A stretch of DNA of 64,000 bases, taken from assembly GCA_009103225.1 (NCBI GenBank), contig RHPI01000671.1, forward strand, positions 260,838-324,837, read 5' to 3'. The notes under the pieces are model-generated. The model was given only the letters and a program-made list of their open reading frames with translations, was not told the origin of the DNA and did no database searches. This DNA is from Chlorokybus atmophyticus. Taxonomy: Eukaryota; Plantae; Mesostigma and Chlorokybus algae. The translations under genes and the position numbers were made by a program. Shown here one piece after another: positions 50,115 through 63,100 of the stretch (positions are counted from its first letter, which is position 1; the number at the start of each line of letters is the position of its first letter).

Positions 50115-53100
50115 TTACCAAAGAGCGTCCCAGAATGACTCCCAGAAGCTGTCAAAGTACCTGCTTTGGGTCAACCTGCCCCAGAGCTCCACCACTGTGC
50201 CCATCCGAACTGCACACAAGTAGACAATAAGCACCCGGCGCGCCGGGTGCATGCGCATACAAATTTCTATAGTGTCGAGAATATCTGCATCAGCTGACAC
50301 AGGGCACATGCAAGCCATACTGACATGGATGTCACAGAGCTCAAAGTGAACATACTTACCAACGGCGCGGCATGAAGTAAGGATGAACGCTTCAAGAAAG
50401 ACAGGCATCTTGACCAACTGCCGCAAAGCAGGGTCCTCCGAAATCCAACTTGAGAAATTTGCAGGGATACCCATGGCCTTCAGGTGCTCGTCGAGTGGAC
50501 TTTTCGGGAGCTCCAGCCCGTGCAGGTCCAGTTGCAGCAGCCTGAACACGACAACAAACTGACAGTCAGCGTCATCACTGTCAAACGCGGAGTGTTTGTC
50601 TAATTGCTTGCGTAATCAGTGGTATCATCACAATTGCGCAACCAGTGGCGAAGGAAGAGTGCAGTCATGACATAAAACAGAACCTGCGTTTGGTTGCGGC
50701 TATCCTTGGTGGGGGTTCCGCGGCGCACTCCGATACAACAGTGTAGATGGCGCCAAGCTGTTTGAGCACACAGGCAGCGTGCTGAGCGTCATCGCGTTCG
50801 CTTGGCGTCGAGGCGGCATCCGCAATGTATGACAGCACGGCGCCTTGCTGGCTGAGGGCTGCCGAGCTCACCATGACATTGCTATTGACAAACTCGGAGC
50901 TGTTCCTAAGCAACTTCTTCACCTGCACGGCATCTACAAGTTGGTCTCATGCACCATGCATGCGCGCGCAGTTGCGATCACGTATGCATAGCATCAGCAC
51001 CTGCTCGCTCTCAGGTTTCAATCCAGCAATCAGTTTGTTCAGCAGCTTCTGGACTGCTTGTTGCACGGCGGGATATTGAGGTAGCATGGACAAATTGCCG
51101 AGCTCGCCGGCGGCATCGAGGGCGGTTCGCACAGCGAACAGCACCTCCGCAAGCTCACACGTGCCGTCGGGACCAGTGGCAAGGTCCTTCACCGCGAGCC
51201 ACGCGAGCTCCTGGAATGAGCGCACCTGCTTCGGGGGCGGGCGCCCTGCGCTCACGAGCTTGCGATAGAGGTTTTGCGTCAGGTGGAAGTCCACGGCCGT
51301 GCGCAGCTCCGCCATCGTGTCGCACACGAGCCAGTAGCCGGGGATGTCCGCTCCGGCGGCCTTCGCGCGACGCAGCGCATTCTTCACCACAATCAGCTCG
51401 CCGGACTCAAGGATCTCTGACGCGTCCATGTTCCAAAACTGGCGAGGCGTCTGGAGGCCAACGGTGTCGAGCTTCTGCGCGACGACCTCTCTCATGGCGT
51501 CATCAATGGCCATGTGCAGCTGAGAAAACCAGAGGTTCTCAAAGTTGGGAGGCACGTTGGCTCCGACCTTCTCCAGTCGCAGCTTCAGACGCGGTCGCAC
51601 CTGTGGCAGTAACCATGTGATGTGTATGTTGTTGATGCAGATGATCAACTCTCGGTCAGCTCTGCAACGCACCTGCCCAAGCGCATAAGTCTGAACGATC
51701 CCGCTGGTTACTTCTGTTTGCGGATGCAGATGAAGGTTCTCTTTGACCTGAGACAGCAATGGGCGGTGTTCTGTTGAGTTGCACATGCACCACACACCTT
51801 GCTGTGTTTCAATAAACCAGGCTGGTACCTGTCGTTCGAGGGACTCAATGACAGTACTCAGCCCAATCACACACATCTCAATGCTCATCTTGGTCAGATA
51901 CACGAAGCGCGCATACTCAGAGTCTGGCGCGACATCGAACAAGTTGACGTTGGGCGTGAGCATGGGAGCGGCAGCGGCGATGTCGGCCTTGGTGAGGATA
52001 CCAAGATCCAGCTTGGCGGCCAGGTGCTCCAGCGTTGGCCAGCGCGTCTGCATCCAGTTGCTGAACTGCAGCAGCAGGCGGCGGTACATGCCCAGAGGCA
52101 GACCAAAAGCAACCTCTATATCTTGCAGGGTGGAAACCATCAAGGACACCTGTAACAAACAGATGTAAGCAGCAAAGACAAACACCAATGAACCGTTGTG
52201 CAATATGGCAATGCACTAGCTACCACACAACAATGTAGACACATGAAACAAGCATTTCATTTTCAGCAATCTTGACAGCAGATGTTTTTGCATGAATTTT
52301 GTGTCATTTAAGTGTATCAGCAAGGGTGTCTCAAACCACCTGGACATGCCTCGTGCTTACCGGTCGCCCGAAGAGAACCTCAAACCGCGCTTGCAAGTGG
52401 ACGAGTGCTCCCAATGTGGAAAACCCGTCAGCTTTGGTCAGCTTCTCCGCCTTGATGGCGATGCCACGTGTGGAGTTGTGCGACAAGAACCGCTGCAGGG
52501 CAGCCTTCTGTGAGCTGCCTGGAGGCACTGTGAAGGAGGACCGGCGTGCGTGGCTGCTCTTCGCCTGCTTTTTGACAAACGCCGCGAACTCGGTGTACAT
52601 GTCTTTGAAGGCCTGCATAGACTCAACAGGATCAACCTCAAGTTATGTAGTGCGTCTAATTCAAAGTGACACATGACCAAATGGATGCACACCTGCTTGA
52701 ATTGAGTCATTCTACCCGCAAGTCTGTACCAGGGCGACATATGTGTTAGCATCACAGAGCGGATGTGCTCAACACAAAACCGATAGCAATCAACAAACGT
52801 ACCGCATCATGGGGTTGAGACGCTGTCCAATAATGTCCATCAGCATGAGGACCATGCCGATCGCGATGAGAGCGACTAGCACAAGTGCGATGTATATGAA
52901 GGACGAGGCCAATTCGTGGTTTTTGTTAGAGATGTCGAATATGGACACCGTCTGGCAGTACTGCGCCGTCCCCAATATGCCAATGGACGGGATGATCTCG
53001 CATCGCTCATACCCAGACTCCGTGCGATTGTAGCTGTGCACAAAAAAAAAAAGGTGAATAACTCCTTGGAAAGATAGAGGGAGGTCTTACCCTCAAGTTG

Positions 53101-56100
53101 ACGCTTAAGTTGGATAAAGTCCTCACCCTGTGTACTTGAGCTCAGACCACTGCCTGCGCTGACGAATGCGGTCCTGGTTGATGAAGGAAGTGATGGGGTC
53201 TCCACCCAGCTTCAAGAATATTAGGCCGGATCCGGAAGTGAAGGCAGACTCATTTAGCAACACCTGTCATGTATGGATGCCATGAGCACAGGCGGACAGC
53301 AGCAACGACTCGTCCTGTGTTGGGGTAAGCATATGCACACTGATGCTGCGAGAGCAGTTGGCAAATGAACTATGCATGCCAGTTGACCACCCTGTGCGTC
53401 CATACAGCGAACTGCAAATGTCATGGAATTGTGCTGATACGGTCACGGCATGCATCAGCTTGTCTTTATCCGCAAATACCATGATTCAACTGCATGCTGC
53501 CTGACACAGCTATACACAACTATGATGTGTGATTGTCTGGTGCACACATTGGCAGCCATCAACATCTCAACAAGCCTAACAACACACGAGAAAAGACAGC
53601 ATGTGTGTGTACGCTAAGCACCGAGACACTGAAGCATCAATGCATGGGTAACACTTGGTGGACCTATAGCGTCACTCACTATGTCCACGGTAATGACAGA
53701 TTTGGTTTGACTACAGTGCAACAACATACACCAGGGCCTTGGGTAAGTTGCATATGCGGTGAAAACGACTGTCGGGTGTGAGACAAAAGCAGCTGCTGAT
53801 AGGTCATGCTTGGACTGCAATCACATACAATTAAGGCACGCAATCTGTTACTCTGGTGGTGATGACAACTGTACAATGTCATGTCCTGCAAGCGCTTAGG
53901 CAGGGACCAAGGCACATGCTTTGGGGTAGACTGTGCTGCCAACTCACCTGCTTTGGTGCCACTTGTGCATCGACAAAGCTGACAGCTGGTGCAGCGTACA
54001 CGCCAATTTGAGCAGACAGCAGTGACTCATTGGTGCTGGAGCTGTACGCTAGGTCAAGCACCAGGAGCCCGCGATCCGCGGAGTCGCTGGCTCTTGTTGT
54101 TAGAATGACGACTGCCAACACCACCAGCGTGATGATGCGGATGACCTGCGCCACAATGTTCTCCACCAGCTGCATAACAACCTAAACAGCACCAGATGTC
54201 AGCAACAAGGACCGCAAACAGTAAACTCAACAGGGCCCAGCTAAGGACAACATGTGTGTGTACATATGAACACTTGTAGCAATCTAACAGACCTTTGTTG
54301 GAGCTTCTAGGGACAGCAGCTCATCTATGTTATCCTCCTGAGAGAGAGGGTCTGTTTCCGGTTCGAGTGTGAGGTCTTCCTGGCTGAGGGAGAGCGGAAA
54401 ATTGGGCTTCCTCTGGAAAGTGGGGTTGGGCGACATCGGCATAGTGGTGGTGCTGACTAAGCGCTGAAGGGCAACCTGTGCATTGACAATGCGTCAAGGT
54501 TAAAGCAATTGGCTTATCGCACCATTAAATTGCACCAAGCGCTGTCCAACTTGCCTCCATGTTACGCTTGGTCTTTCGCTTGTGAAGCAGCAACCATTGG
54601 ACTAGTCTTATTGTCAGACCACTGAAGCGACCCAGCAGCAGCCCCAGCTTCATTGTCCTCGCAATCTGACCCCACGTCTGCGCACACAATGCCCACGTAA
54701 GGTACGCACAGGTGTTTCACACGTCAATCCTCTATGACATTGGGTAAACAGCGAAAACCGTTTGAGCCACTGTCATTACGCACTCAAGTTGTGGATCCAC
54801 ACTGTTACCTGCCGTCGTGTCTCCCAAAGGTACGACTCTTCTCCACTCAAAGTTCGGTTATCCCGAATTGGGTCCGCCACCCAATTCAACAGTGCAAGGA
54901 ACCCAAATATTGCTACGCTGTCCATGAAAAAGGTGCTCGTGAAGAGGTAGCCGAATGGCCACTGTGCATACGTATGGAAAAGGATGTCAACGACGAAGAA
55001 TGCGAAGAGCACCGTGTAAACCACCTGCACAAAAGTAAGCACATCAATGTGTCACACTAGTGTCAATGCAAAGTAGGACCAATCAGGCTTGTCACCAATG
55101 TCACCTATTCAAAAAGCGCAGGATCTGACCTGCAGTGCTGCATCGCCAGAAACAGGCACCCATAGCATCTGAAAAGGTGGCATCAGGATTCCAAACACCA
55201 TGGCGACGATAAGAAAGCTTTGATATGGCCAGCTGTCCATCAATCGCAACAATTAATCAGCTGGTACAATAATAGTACAGCCACTGTGTGCCAATTCTCG
55301 GCTATGTGTTAAACTCATGCACCTGAAGTAGACCAACTTTACTGCAGCAACCGACTGCGAGACACTGTCATGGACAATCACGGTGCAACTGTCATAGATG
55401 CACAGCCTCTCTTTCTTTGACATGCCGCTGTGGAGGCTTGTCAGCTTGACAGTAAAGGTTTCATGCGTTGTTGTCACGTCATCGGGCAAAATGTGAACGC
55501 TGAAGTTCTTTTGTTTCTGCAAACATGCTGCCAGTGAGCCAAGCATGTCTCAATGCTTGATGCTAAGCCCACATGACTTGCACTGTTCACAAGTGTTAAT
55601 TGCATGCTAGACATAGCACAAGACAAAGCACCTCGCCAGGTGCGAATGTGAGGATGCCTCTTGTCGATACATAGTTACGTCCATCTCTGCGCAAGACACT
55701 GTGACGCTGCGCAAACTTGGCAATTCAACAAGAACCTGTGTCCTGTGCAGAACTCACTTGGCAGTGCCTTCCTCTGTCTCATACTGCACACTGGAGGTGC
55801 CAGTGTCAGGCCCTTCCCGGTTGACACTGATTGCACAACACAGAAGGGTCAGCCAGCCTCAAAAAGTCAGATTAAGCAGTTGAACTCAAACATTTACAGT
55901 GGGATCACTTACCATATCTGCACTGTGCCAGCATCTTCCCTCACCTAGCAGCAACCAATACATCTGTTAAAAGACGACTGCAACAACTGCTGCGCAGCAA
56001 CCTGTGATGCTACTTCCCAATCACAGACTCACCCAATACGTGGGAGCCCCCAGACTATAGTAAGTCTCCTCACGCGGACAGAATTCCTCCTGCTGACTGC

Positions 56101-56450
56101 CACTGCACCAATTACAAAGATCAGTTGCACGCCATGCTAACATGCTGTGAGTTGACACCCTAAAGAGACAACAAAGAGCGATAAGCAAGAATGTAGGATG
56201 GCACTGAGACAAAGACATGAGAGAGAAGCGACTGTGGATCCTGAAACAAGAAACATTGCTCGACTCGCCAAAGCTGCAGATGCATGCAAGCAAATCACAA
56301 CAGGGCGTGACACTGACCTGGGCGCTGCTGTCTCCTCCTCCGCAATCATGTCTATGGTTGTGTCCAATAAGGGCTTCGCCATCTGCGACGGACTGCTGAA
56401 CATGAGAACTCAGTACTCCAGTGTCAAGTGCACATAGAGACTTGAAGGGA
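50115..56450 (-). CDS. Large multi-exon membrane protein: Calx-beta, S1-S4 voltage-sensor-like domain, TM, ectodomain, TM, then an unrecognised cytosolic helical region
   Basis: Calx-beta reads YYSLGAPTYW|VREDAGTVQI|CVNREGPDTGTSSVQYETEEGTA|KDGRNYVSTRGILTFAPGE|KQKNFSVHILPDDVTTTHETFTVKL. S1-S3 read WPYQSFLIVAMVFGILM..|VVYTVLFAFFVVDILF..GYLFTSTFFMDSVAIFGFL, and the S4-like segment reads IARTMKLGLLLGRFSGLTIRLV. The TMs read QVIRIITLVVLAVVILT and SIFDISNKNHELASSFIYIALVLVALIAIGMVLMLMDIIGQRLNPMMR. The stop is at 50115. The 5' end is unresolved (56.1-57.4 kb). Confidence 0.8.
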
Positions 56451-57625
56451 CTCCAAGTGAGCAACAACACAGTGCGTCATAGTGATATAGACAGCCAGCA
56501 TAGAGGTTTAAGGCCAGCATTGAACAAGACAACGCAAATGCATGTTCAAAACTAACAGACCTCAGCTACGAGGACAACCTGGTAGCTGAGATCTGTCAGT
56601 AAACTAAAATTTCTGGTGAGGTCAGCGAGCGTACCACACCCAAGGTGAAGCATCCACCTGCGGCTTGACCAGACCGCGCACAAAATGCACTATCCAGCAA
56701 GCCGCTCAGTTGCCCAATGCGCCTCCCGGAACCTCTCGCAGTTCAACCAATACTGCGAAAGACTAGTTGATGTCCAATCAAACAACGACCTCGGCTTGGC
56801 CCGACCAATTGGCGCCAGCTGGACCAGCTGCTCCACTGCCCAGTGGAGCAGTCGCAGCAAGCCGGTTTACCGTCGCGGTTGATGTCACTGACTTGTACGG
56901 GAGCGCATTGGCAATTCAGCGGCAGCATCAGCAACAACGCGGTGGAGTAACCAGCATGACCCTGACAGCATGCCGTCAGCAATGCCGTCACCGCCGCCTT
57001 CACCACCGCCGCTGCCACCGCCGCGCTACGCTTGCTGACGCCTGTTGCAGATATCGACGAGACCGTCGGCAACTTTTGCGTCCAATACCCGCTCCAACAA
57101 TCTGATATCGAGCCGCAATCCGACATCCTCGCCAATCGGCAGAAGTCCTGATTCCCTACACCTGAATCGGGACCAGCCATACCGCTTCACAGCGCCTGCA
57201 TTCAGGACTCTTCTTTTGCAGTGGAAGTCCGGTTCAGGGCCCCAAGGGTGGGTTCCGAACCCATCATTTGGGTCTGGAGCCTATGATTGTTGAAGGCTAT
57301 GACAGCTGGCAGCTCGGTGAAGCGGCGACGTCGGGGTCGGCGGTGATCACAGTGGATGGTTCTGGAGGCTATCAACGATGACTCTGTAGCTGCTTGCTGC
57401 TGCTGGCTGTGTCGCAGCTCTTACTGTGTGAACTGGTTTAGGGTTTGTTGAGGTTGCCCAGGCCAGTGCTTTACAGCAAAGCTTAGCCTGGTCAGGCCAG
57501 GCGAGGCGAAACTTTGCGCTGGGATGATGAGGAGAAGGAGGAGACAGATGTAGTGGTTCATTGTACTTCAGGATGCAGTCAATGGTTTGCGGGATCAGAT
57601 GATGTTCTGCCAAAGTGGGGCCCAG

Positions 57626-58619
57626 ATGGGGGGCACTTGGATTGGCCGACTTTGGGGTTTGGCCGGCCTTGGTGGCGCCAGCGAATTCAAGGCCATCATC
57701 TTGGGCCTGGACGGCGCCGGCAAGACCACTGCTCTCTACAAGCTGCACCTCGGAGAGACCGTTGTTACGCAACCCACCGTTGGATCAAATGTGGAGAGGA
57801 TAAGCGTACGCAATGGCGAAGTTGTCTTTGAGGTGATGTTACAGTGACTCGTAATCGCGGTTATTTCTGTCCTGTTCAACTGGTTGGTGCTGTTGTAGTC
57901 GACATGCTGAATTCACCAAGCAGCTCAACACATGCTAAGTAGCTCACATCTCATACTGAACACAACGCAATATGGGTAGTTTCCAGCAAGTACTGTACAT
58001 TATTTGCGACTGCATGATCCAGGCATCTGCGCACAATGGTGTTGCGTGTGATAGCCATCGTTGGTCGAGTGCATTGCTCATGACACCGGATCAGTACAGG
58101 TAAGGCTGTAACAACTGAAGTAACTGCTCCGCATGCCTGACAGGTTTGGGATGTAGGCGGGCAAGAGAAGCTGCGCGCATCATGGCCAACGTACTTCCAG
58201 GGCGCACATGCAGTTATGTTGGTCGTCGACAGCACCGATCGCACACGCATCGCTGTAGCACGAGTAAGTGAAGTGTTCTGAGTTGTGCAAATACCAGATG
58301 CTGAAGAAATGTAGTGAGTAATGGCTGCGACATGCACTAGTAATACTGACAGTGCCTTGCTGGTGAGCAGGATGAACTGTTGAAGTTGCTCAAGCATGAA
58401 GACTTGGTGAAGCCTGTGCTGCTAGTGTATGCCAACAAGCAGGACTTGCGCAATGCCATGACGGTGGCTGAGATAAGCGATGCCTTGTCACTGCATACTG
58501 TGACCAAGCACAGCTGGCACATACAGCCGTGCTGTGCGATCACTGGGGAGGGGTTAAAAGACGGTTTCCGATGGCTGGTGCAGCAAGTCCAGATACGAAG
58601 AATGGCCGATGGTAGATGA
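57626..58619 (+). CDS. ARL5: ARF-like small GTPase ARL5 (plant ARFC1 type)
   Basis: Begins [10 protein letters not shown] (myristoylation Gly) and contains [51 protein letters not shown] and [14 protein letters not shown], in three coding exons. Confidence 0.93.
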
Positions 58620-59379
58620 CAGGCTTGCAAGTGTGTGGTGTTGTAGGTTGCGGGATTGTCCAAGTAGTTACTTGTTATTGTGGTATGGGTCTGGTTATGG
58701 CGTCTGGCCTGCTAGTAGTACCTCTCCGTGCTGTGAATTGGATTGGCTGGCATGGGCTTATACCATAAAGTTGTATTAAGAGCATTGTTAGCCGAGTACT
58801 TGCTGGCCTGGTAAACACGGAGAGGTACAAAGCGTGCACTTTGCGAGTTGACAATGCCCATGTCGTATTGAGTGTGAGTAGTCATGTGATCCCCGGTCTC
58901 CCCATAATTCGCTAAGGCATCTGTTCAACTTAGTGTGGGTGAGCTTATTTGAATTTAGATCAACAATTCATAAAGGCACTCCCTCAGCGTAGACAGCTGG
59001 GCCCTCCTCATACTCGGCTACCACAATAGTGAAGTAACTTGACATCTTGATCACTCCATTGACTTTTTGAACACCTTACAGGCTCAACAGCATGACGTTA
59101 CGCTGTCATCACTCAAGTCACACATATCTCTCCAGTGATTTTTGGGCATTATTGTGCACATGAAACATGCCAACCTAGCGAAAGCTAATATAATAGAGTC
59201 GTAATTTCTGAGACCTTTTACGCTTTTCAGTATATTGTACCTCTATAATAGAGGCTCTATTCAAGCACATTTTCAAATACACTTCGCTAGGCTTGTCCAG
59301 CTTAGCTTTCCCTTGTATTCCTCGGAGGATTACAGGGGAAGACGGAAATCTCATTGCAGGTTTGGGTGCATGTTAGGCT

Positions 59380-59862
59380 TGAAGTAGCACCCAAACTTGG
59401 AGCATGAAGTACACGTCCCTGCCGCAGGCTGACGTCAATGGCCGTCGGCCATTGGTCACAGCAGCACGGACAGACAAAAATCCACAACGTGAAATCGTTG
59501 GGTTCAAGTCCGGTTTCCCGGGAATTATCAAGGCCATGCAGGCATGTTGCAGCACAAGTCCCCGATGTGACTCACCGGGCCTGGATCAGCGTCTCAGAAA
59601 TTGTTTCGGCGGATGACGATACCATTTCCTGTGCCGTCCGTTTTGCGCGCGCCTGCTTGCCCGCCAACGCCCATGCCTGTGCCTCTTTTGCCGCCGCCTC
59701 CGCCCCCTCCTCCGCTGCTGTTGGAGAGGGCTGCGGCCTGTTGGTGTGGGCGTCGGTGTTGAGCTGATTGTTGCCAGCCGCGAGTGCTGAAAGGAGCAGG
59801 CAGCCCCGTGGCATGGAGGAGCAGCGTTCAGATGTATAGTACACCGTGTATAGATGGCCCAT
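59380..59862 (-). CDS. Possible small orphan gene divergent from ATG13
   Basis: A GC-rich frame ..SPTAAEEGAEAAAKEAQAWALAGKQARAKRTAQEMVSSSAETISETLIQAR ends at a strong donor CG|gtgagt (~59575), with candidate acceptors near 59430. No family was recognised. Confidence 0.3.
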
Positions 59863-60101
59863 GGCAGGCGGGGCATGGGCGAGGCAGGGTGGTAGCTAGT
59901 TTGAGCAATTGAGCATTGTGTTGTGTTGTGTTGTGTTTGGAGCTGGTAGACATCTTGGTTGGACTGTGTAAGGGATTGACTGGTGTCGCGGACTGCTAGT
60001 TGGAGCTGGGCCAGCGGCTGAAGGGCGGGCTTTGGGCGTGCAAGGAGTTGGGCATCAGAGTTTGCTTACGGTTTTAGTCTTGCTGGTTGTGCTGTTGCGC
60101 G

Positions 60102-63100
60102 ATGGCAGCTACTGGGCCTGCCGTTGAACGGCAACGCTTCGATCAGATATGCGCAGAGTTTGTGTCAAAAAGCGCCCATGTGATTGTGCATTCCAGGTAA
60201 GAAGCACGGTCATGCCGTCTTTGGCTTCAACGCAACAAGCGCAGCATTGTTCAATCAAGCACGAGTGTAACCAGTATGCAAACAAGTGTCAATTATGATG
60301 TTTGGGCAATGTTTGCAACCCGTGTGCAAAGCTTCATAGCAGTTGGACAGCCATGTATGCATTGTATTTTTCATCAGGCTGATGTTCCAGCATTTGTTGC
60401 ACTTTGCGGTATTCAGAAACACCTTCCGCATGCACTCTAGTCAGCGTCCATTGCACAGTCGCACAAATTTTACACTACAACTTGCACACGCCAAGCTGAT
60501 ATACAACATCGTGTAGGTCATGTATCGCGGATGTGCTGCATGCTGCCTCCTATTCCAGGCATGACTTCCAATATGTGTTCGCACAGCTGCTGTCACGGTG
60601 GTGTGCATTTTCACCGTGTGCATCTTTATTAGTCTAGTTTTACAGCACAGCATTAGTACTGAGCATCAAGTACACCACTGCAGGGTCCCGTTCCTGCCAC
60701 CACCAATCTCCTCTTCACCGCGCAACAAGTCCAATCGCTGGTTCAACCTGGAGACAAGGGAGCTTGAGACACTCAAGCCCGAGGTTGAACCGTGGCGGCG
60801 GTTTGAAGAGAAAGGCCCGCTCGTTCTAGACATCCTGTTGCAGGACAACAGCGTCAGAGACAACAGCAAGCGAGACGGCGATGGAGACTGGGACGCGGAT
60901 GATGGGCAGTTCTTGCTGGAGAGATGGGTCATTCAACAGGTGCTTGGGCGAAAGGACTGCAATGCATTGCATGAAAACCGCTTGCATGGTCGTGTTTGCT
61001 GTCAGTCTGTGTGACAAACGGCAAGTGCAAGCAAGCCCTCACTGGCCTGGTTGTTGGCATGTATTGTGCCTCTTGATTAGTCCGATGTAGAGACCATACC
61101 ATCCAGGTACTTGTGGTGTGCTTTACACAGCATGGGTCGTGTACAGACGTTTACAGTACTTCATCTGCATTACAAAGCGGCTTATGTATACACATTTGCA
61201 AATACATGCATACAGTATATGCATACCTGTCGGGTACCAGTGTTTCTGCTGGAGGTTAGCAATTTGCGTCAACTGCCCAGGGGAGTGGCGCTGTGGTTTT
61301 GCTTGGTTATCTGGCTCGTTAAAGATATCATGGGAGTTGCAGGAGCGAACTCTCGGGTGCGTGGAGCAGATGGAGGTGCCAGTGGTCTACAAGCGGACCA
61401 TAATCATGCTGCGCACGCTCTACGCTCTAACACGCACACTGCCCGCTCATCGCTTGTTCCGCTGCTGCAAGCGAAGCCGATCCCCAACGTTTGGCCTTTT
61501 CTACCGGATCCACTCTGCCCCAAACCCTCTCACGCCCAACATGTGTGATGGCGACAAGGTACATGAGTGAACTTTGTGATGCTCTATGGTGGTGAGAAGT
61601 ACTTGAACAGGATGCGTACTATGACATGTGGCATGCATGCAATGTCATGCGGCTTTCAGTGGGTGTGTAGTCCAGGCTACATCTCGTGTGTGTACACAGG
61701 TGGGCTCTTTTGCATTCTCACCAGTGGACACCCCTGCGGGCCGCCTATGCCTGTCCGTCACGTACAGGCACACAACTGGCATTCTTGCTGTTGAGGTCAG
61801 AAAGCGGCTCGCCCTTCACATCTGTTGTGTAGTCTTGGCTGCTTAGGCTCGTGATGTGCACTCAGGCAAGTCCGGCCCCGCTTGCAGCTGTCATTACTGA
61901 CTACATCGGGAGCCCAAGCCCTGACCCGATGAGGTGAGAGCTTGCGACTGCTTTCATGCCTGATCCTTATTGAAGTGCCATGTCCATATGTGTTCTTTCT
62001 TGCAGATGGCTTCCAAGTGCAATGGAAGACCAGCAGCATGGCGGCAGCTATCGCGGCCTGCGAACACACACACCACCCGTCCCGCTTCGACCCGGACAAG
62101 CTCAGCGCCGACACAGTTGGACAGATGTGCCTGGCCAGCAGCAGCAACGGCGGCCGGCCAGTGGGCCCAACCCTGCGCTAGCGGGCACGTCTGCTCCATC
62201 CCATTCCAGCATCAGTTACAGGTTGGTGGTCTTGGCATGGCTGCGAAGCCTTCATGCACAACGAGGGGAGGTTGGGTGTTCAGGTTCATTGAAGGGAATG
62301 GGACATGGTGGTGCAGCTGATGCTCACAGTCATGGTCACCAGCAACTAACTTGATTCCTGACTTCCTGGTCTGACATGACAGCATGTCTCTCTCTTGCAG
62401 TGCTTCTCCATCTCCAAGGTCGGCCTCGCCAATGGGCAGGTTCCCCCCGCCGCTTCTGTCCTCCGGCCCCGCAGAGGCCGCTTGCATACAGCGCACAACT
62501 AGCGCTCCAGTCAGCATACCCAGGCCAATACCCGCACGCCAGATGTGGGGAGAGGGCCCGCATGCGCAGGATGGCACGTCTGGCATGACGCCCCCGCAAA
62601 ACGCATCCCTGCCTCCACGCACAGGTACTACTAGGTTGTCAGCGTGATGCATGGATTCGGGAAGCTAATGCTTTGGTTGCGAGCAGGTAGTTCTCTGAAG
62701 CGCACGAGCTGGTCACCTTCACCCCCCGGCGCACAGCCCTCAACTGTTCCAGTTGGTTATTACCACGGACCATCCCCTGGAACATCGCTTCAGGACATGC
62801 CGCACAACGCCAACACACTTGTCAGAACCAACAGCCGTGACGCTGGCCAGTCTACATCATCACAGGTGCTGTAACAGCACGGGTTGCTTCCTTGGCACTT
62901 GACTCGACTTGGTAGCAACGTCATGTGTGCAAGGTTGCTGTCGCCCGCGTGTGCAACAGTGAACGCACTTTTGATGTTGACATGTTGTTCCGCAGGGGTC
63001 TACCCCACGGCTGTCATACAGCCCGCCACTGCCATTCGCATTCACGCCACGCTCCTCGTCATCCTCCTTTCTCATTGAAGGCGGTGAGACAGTATCCGCA

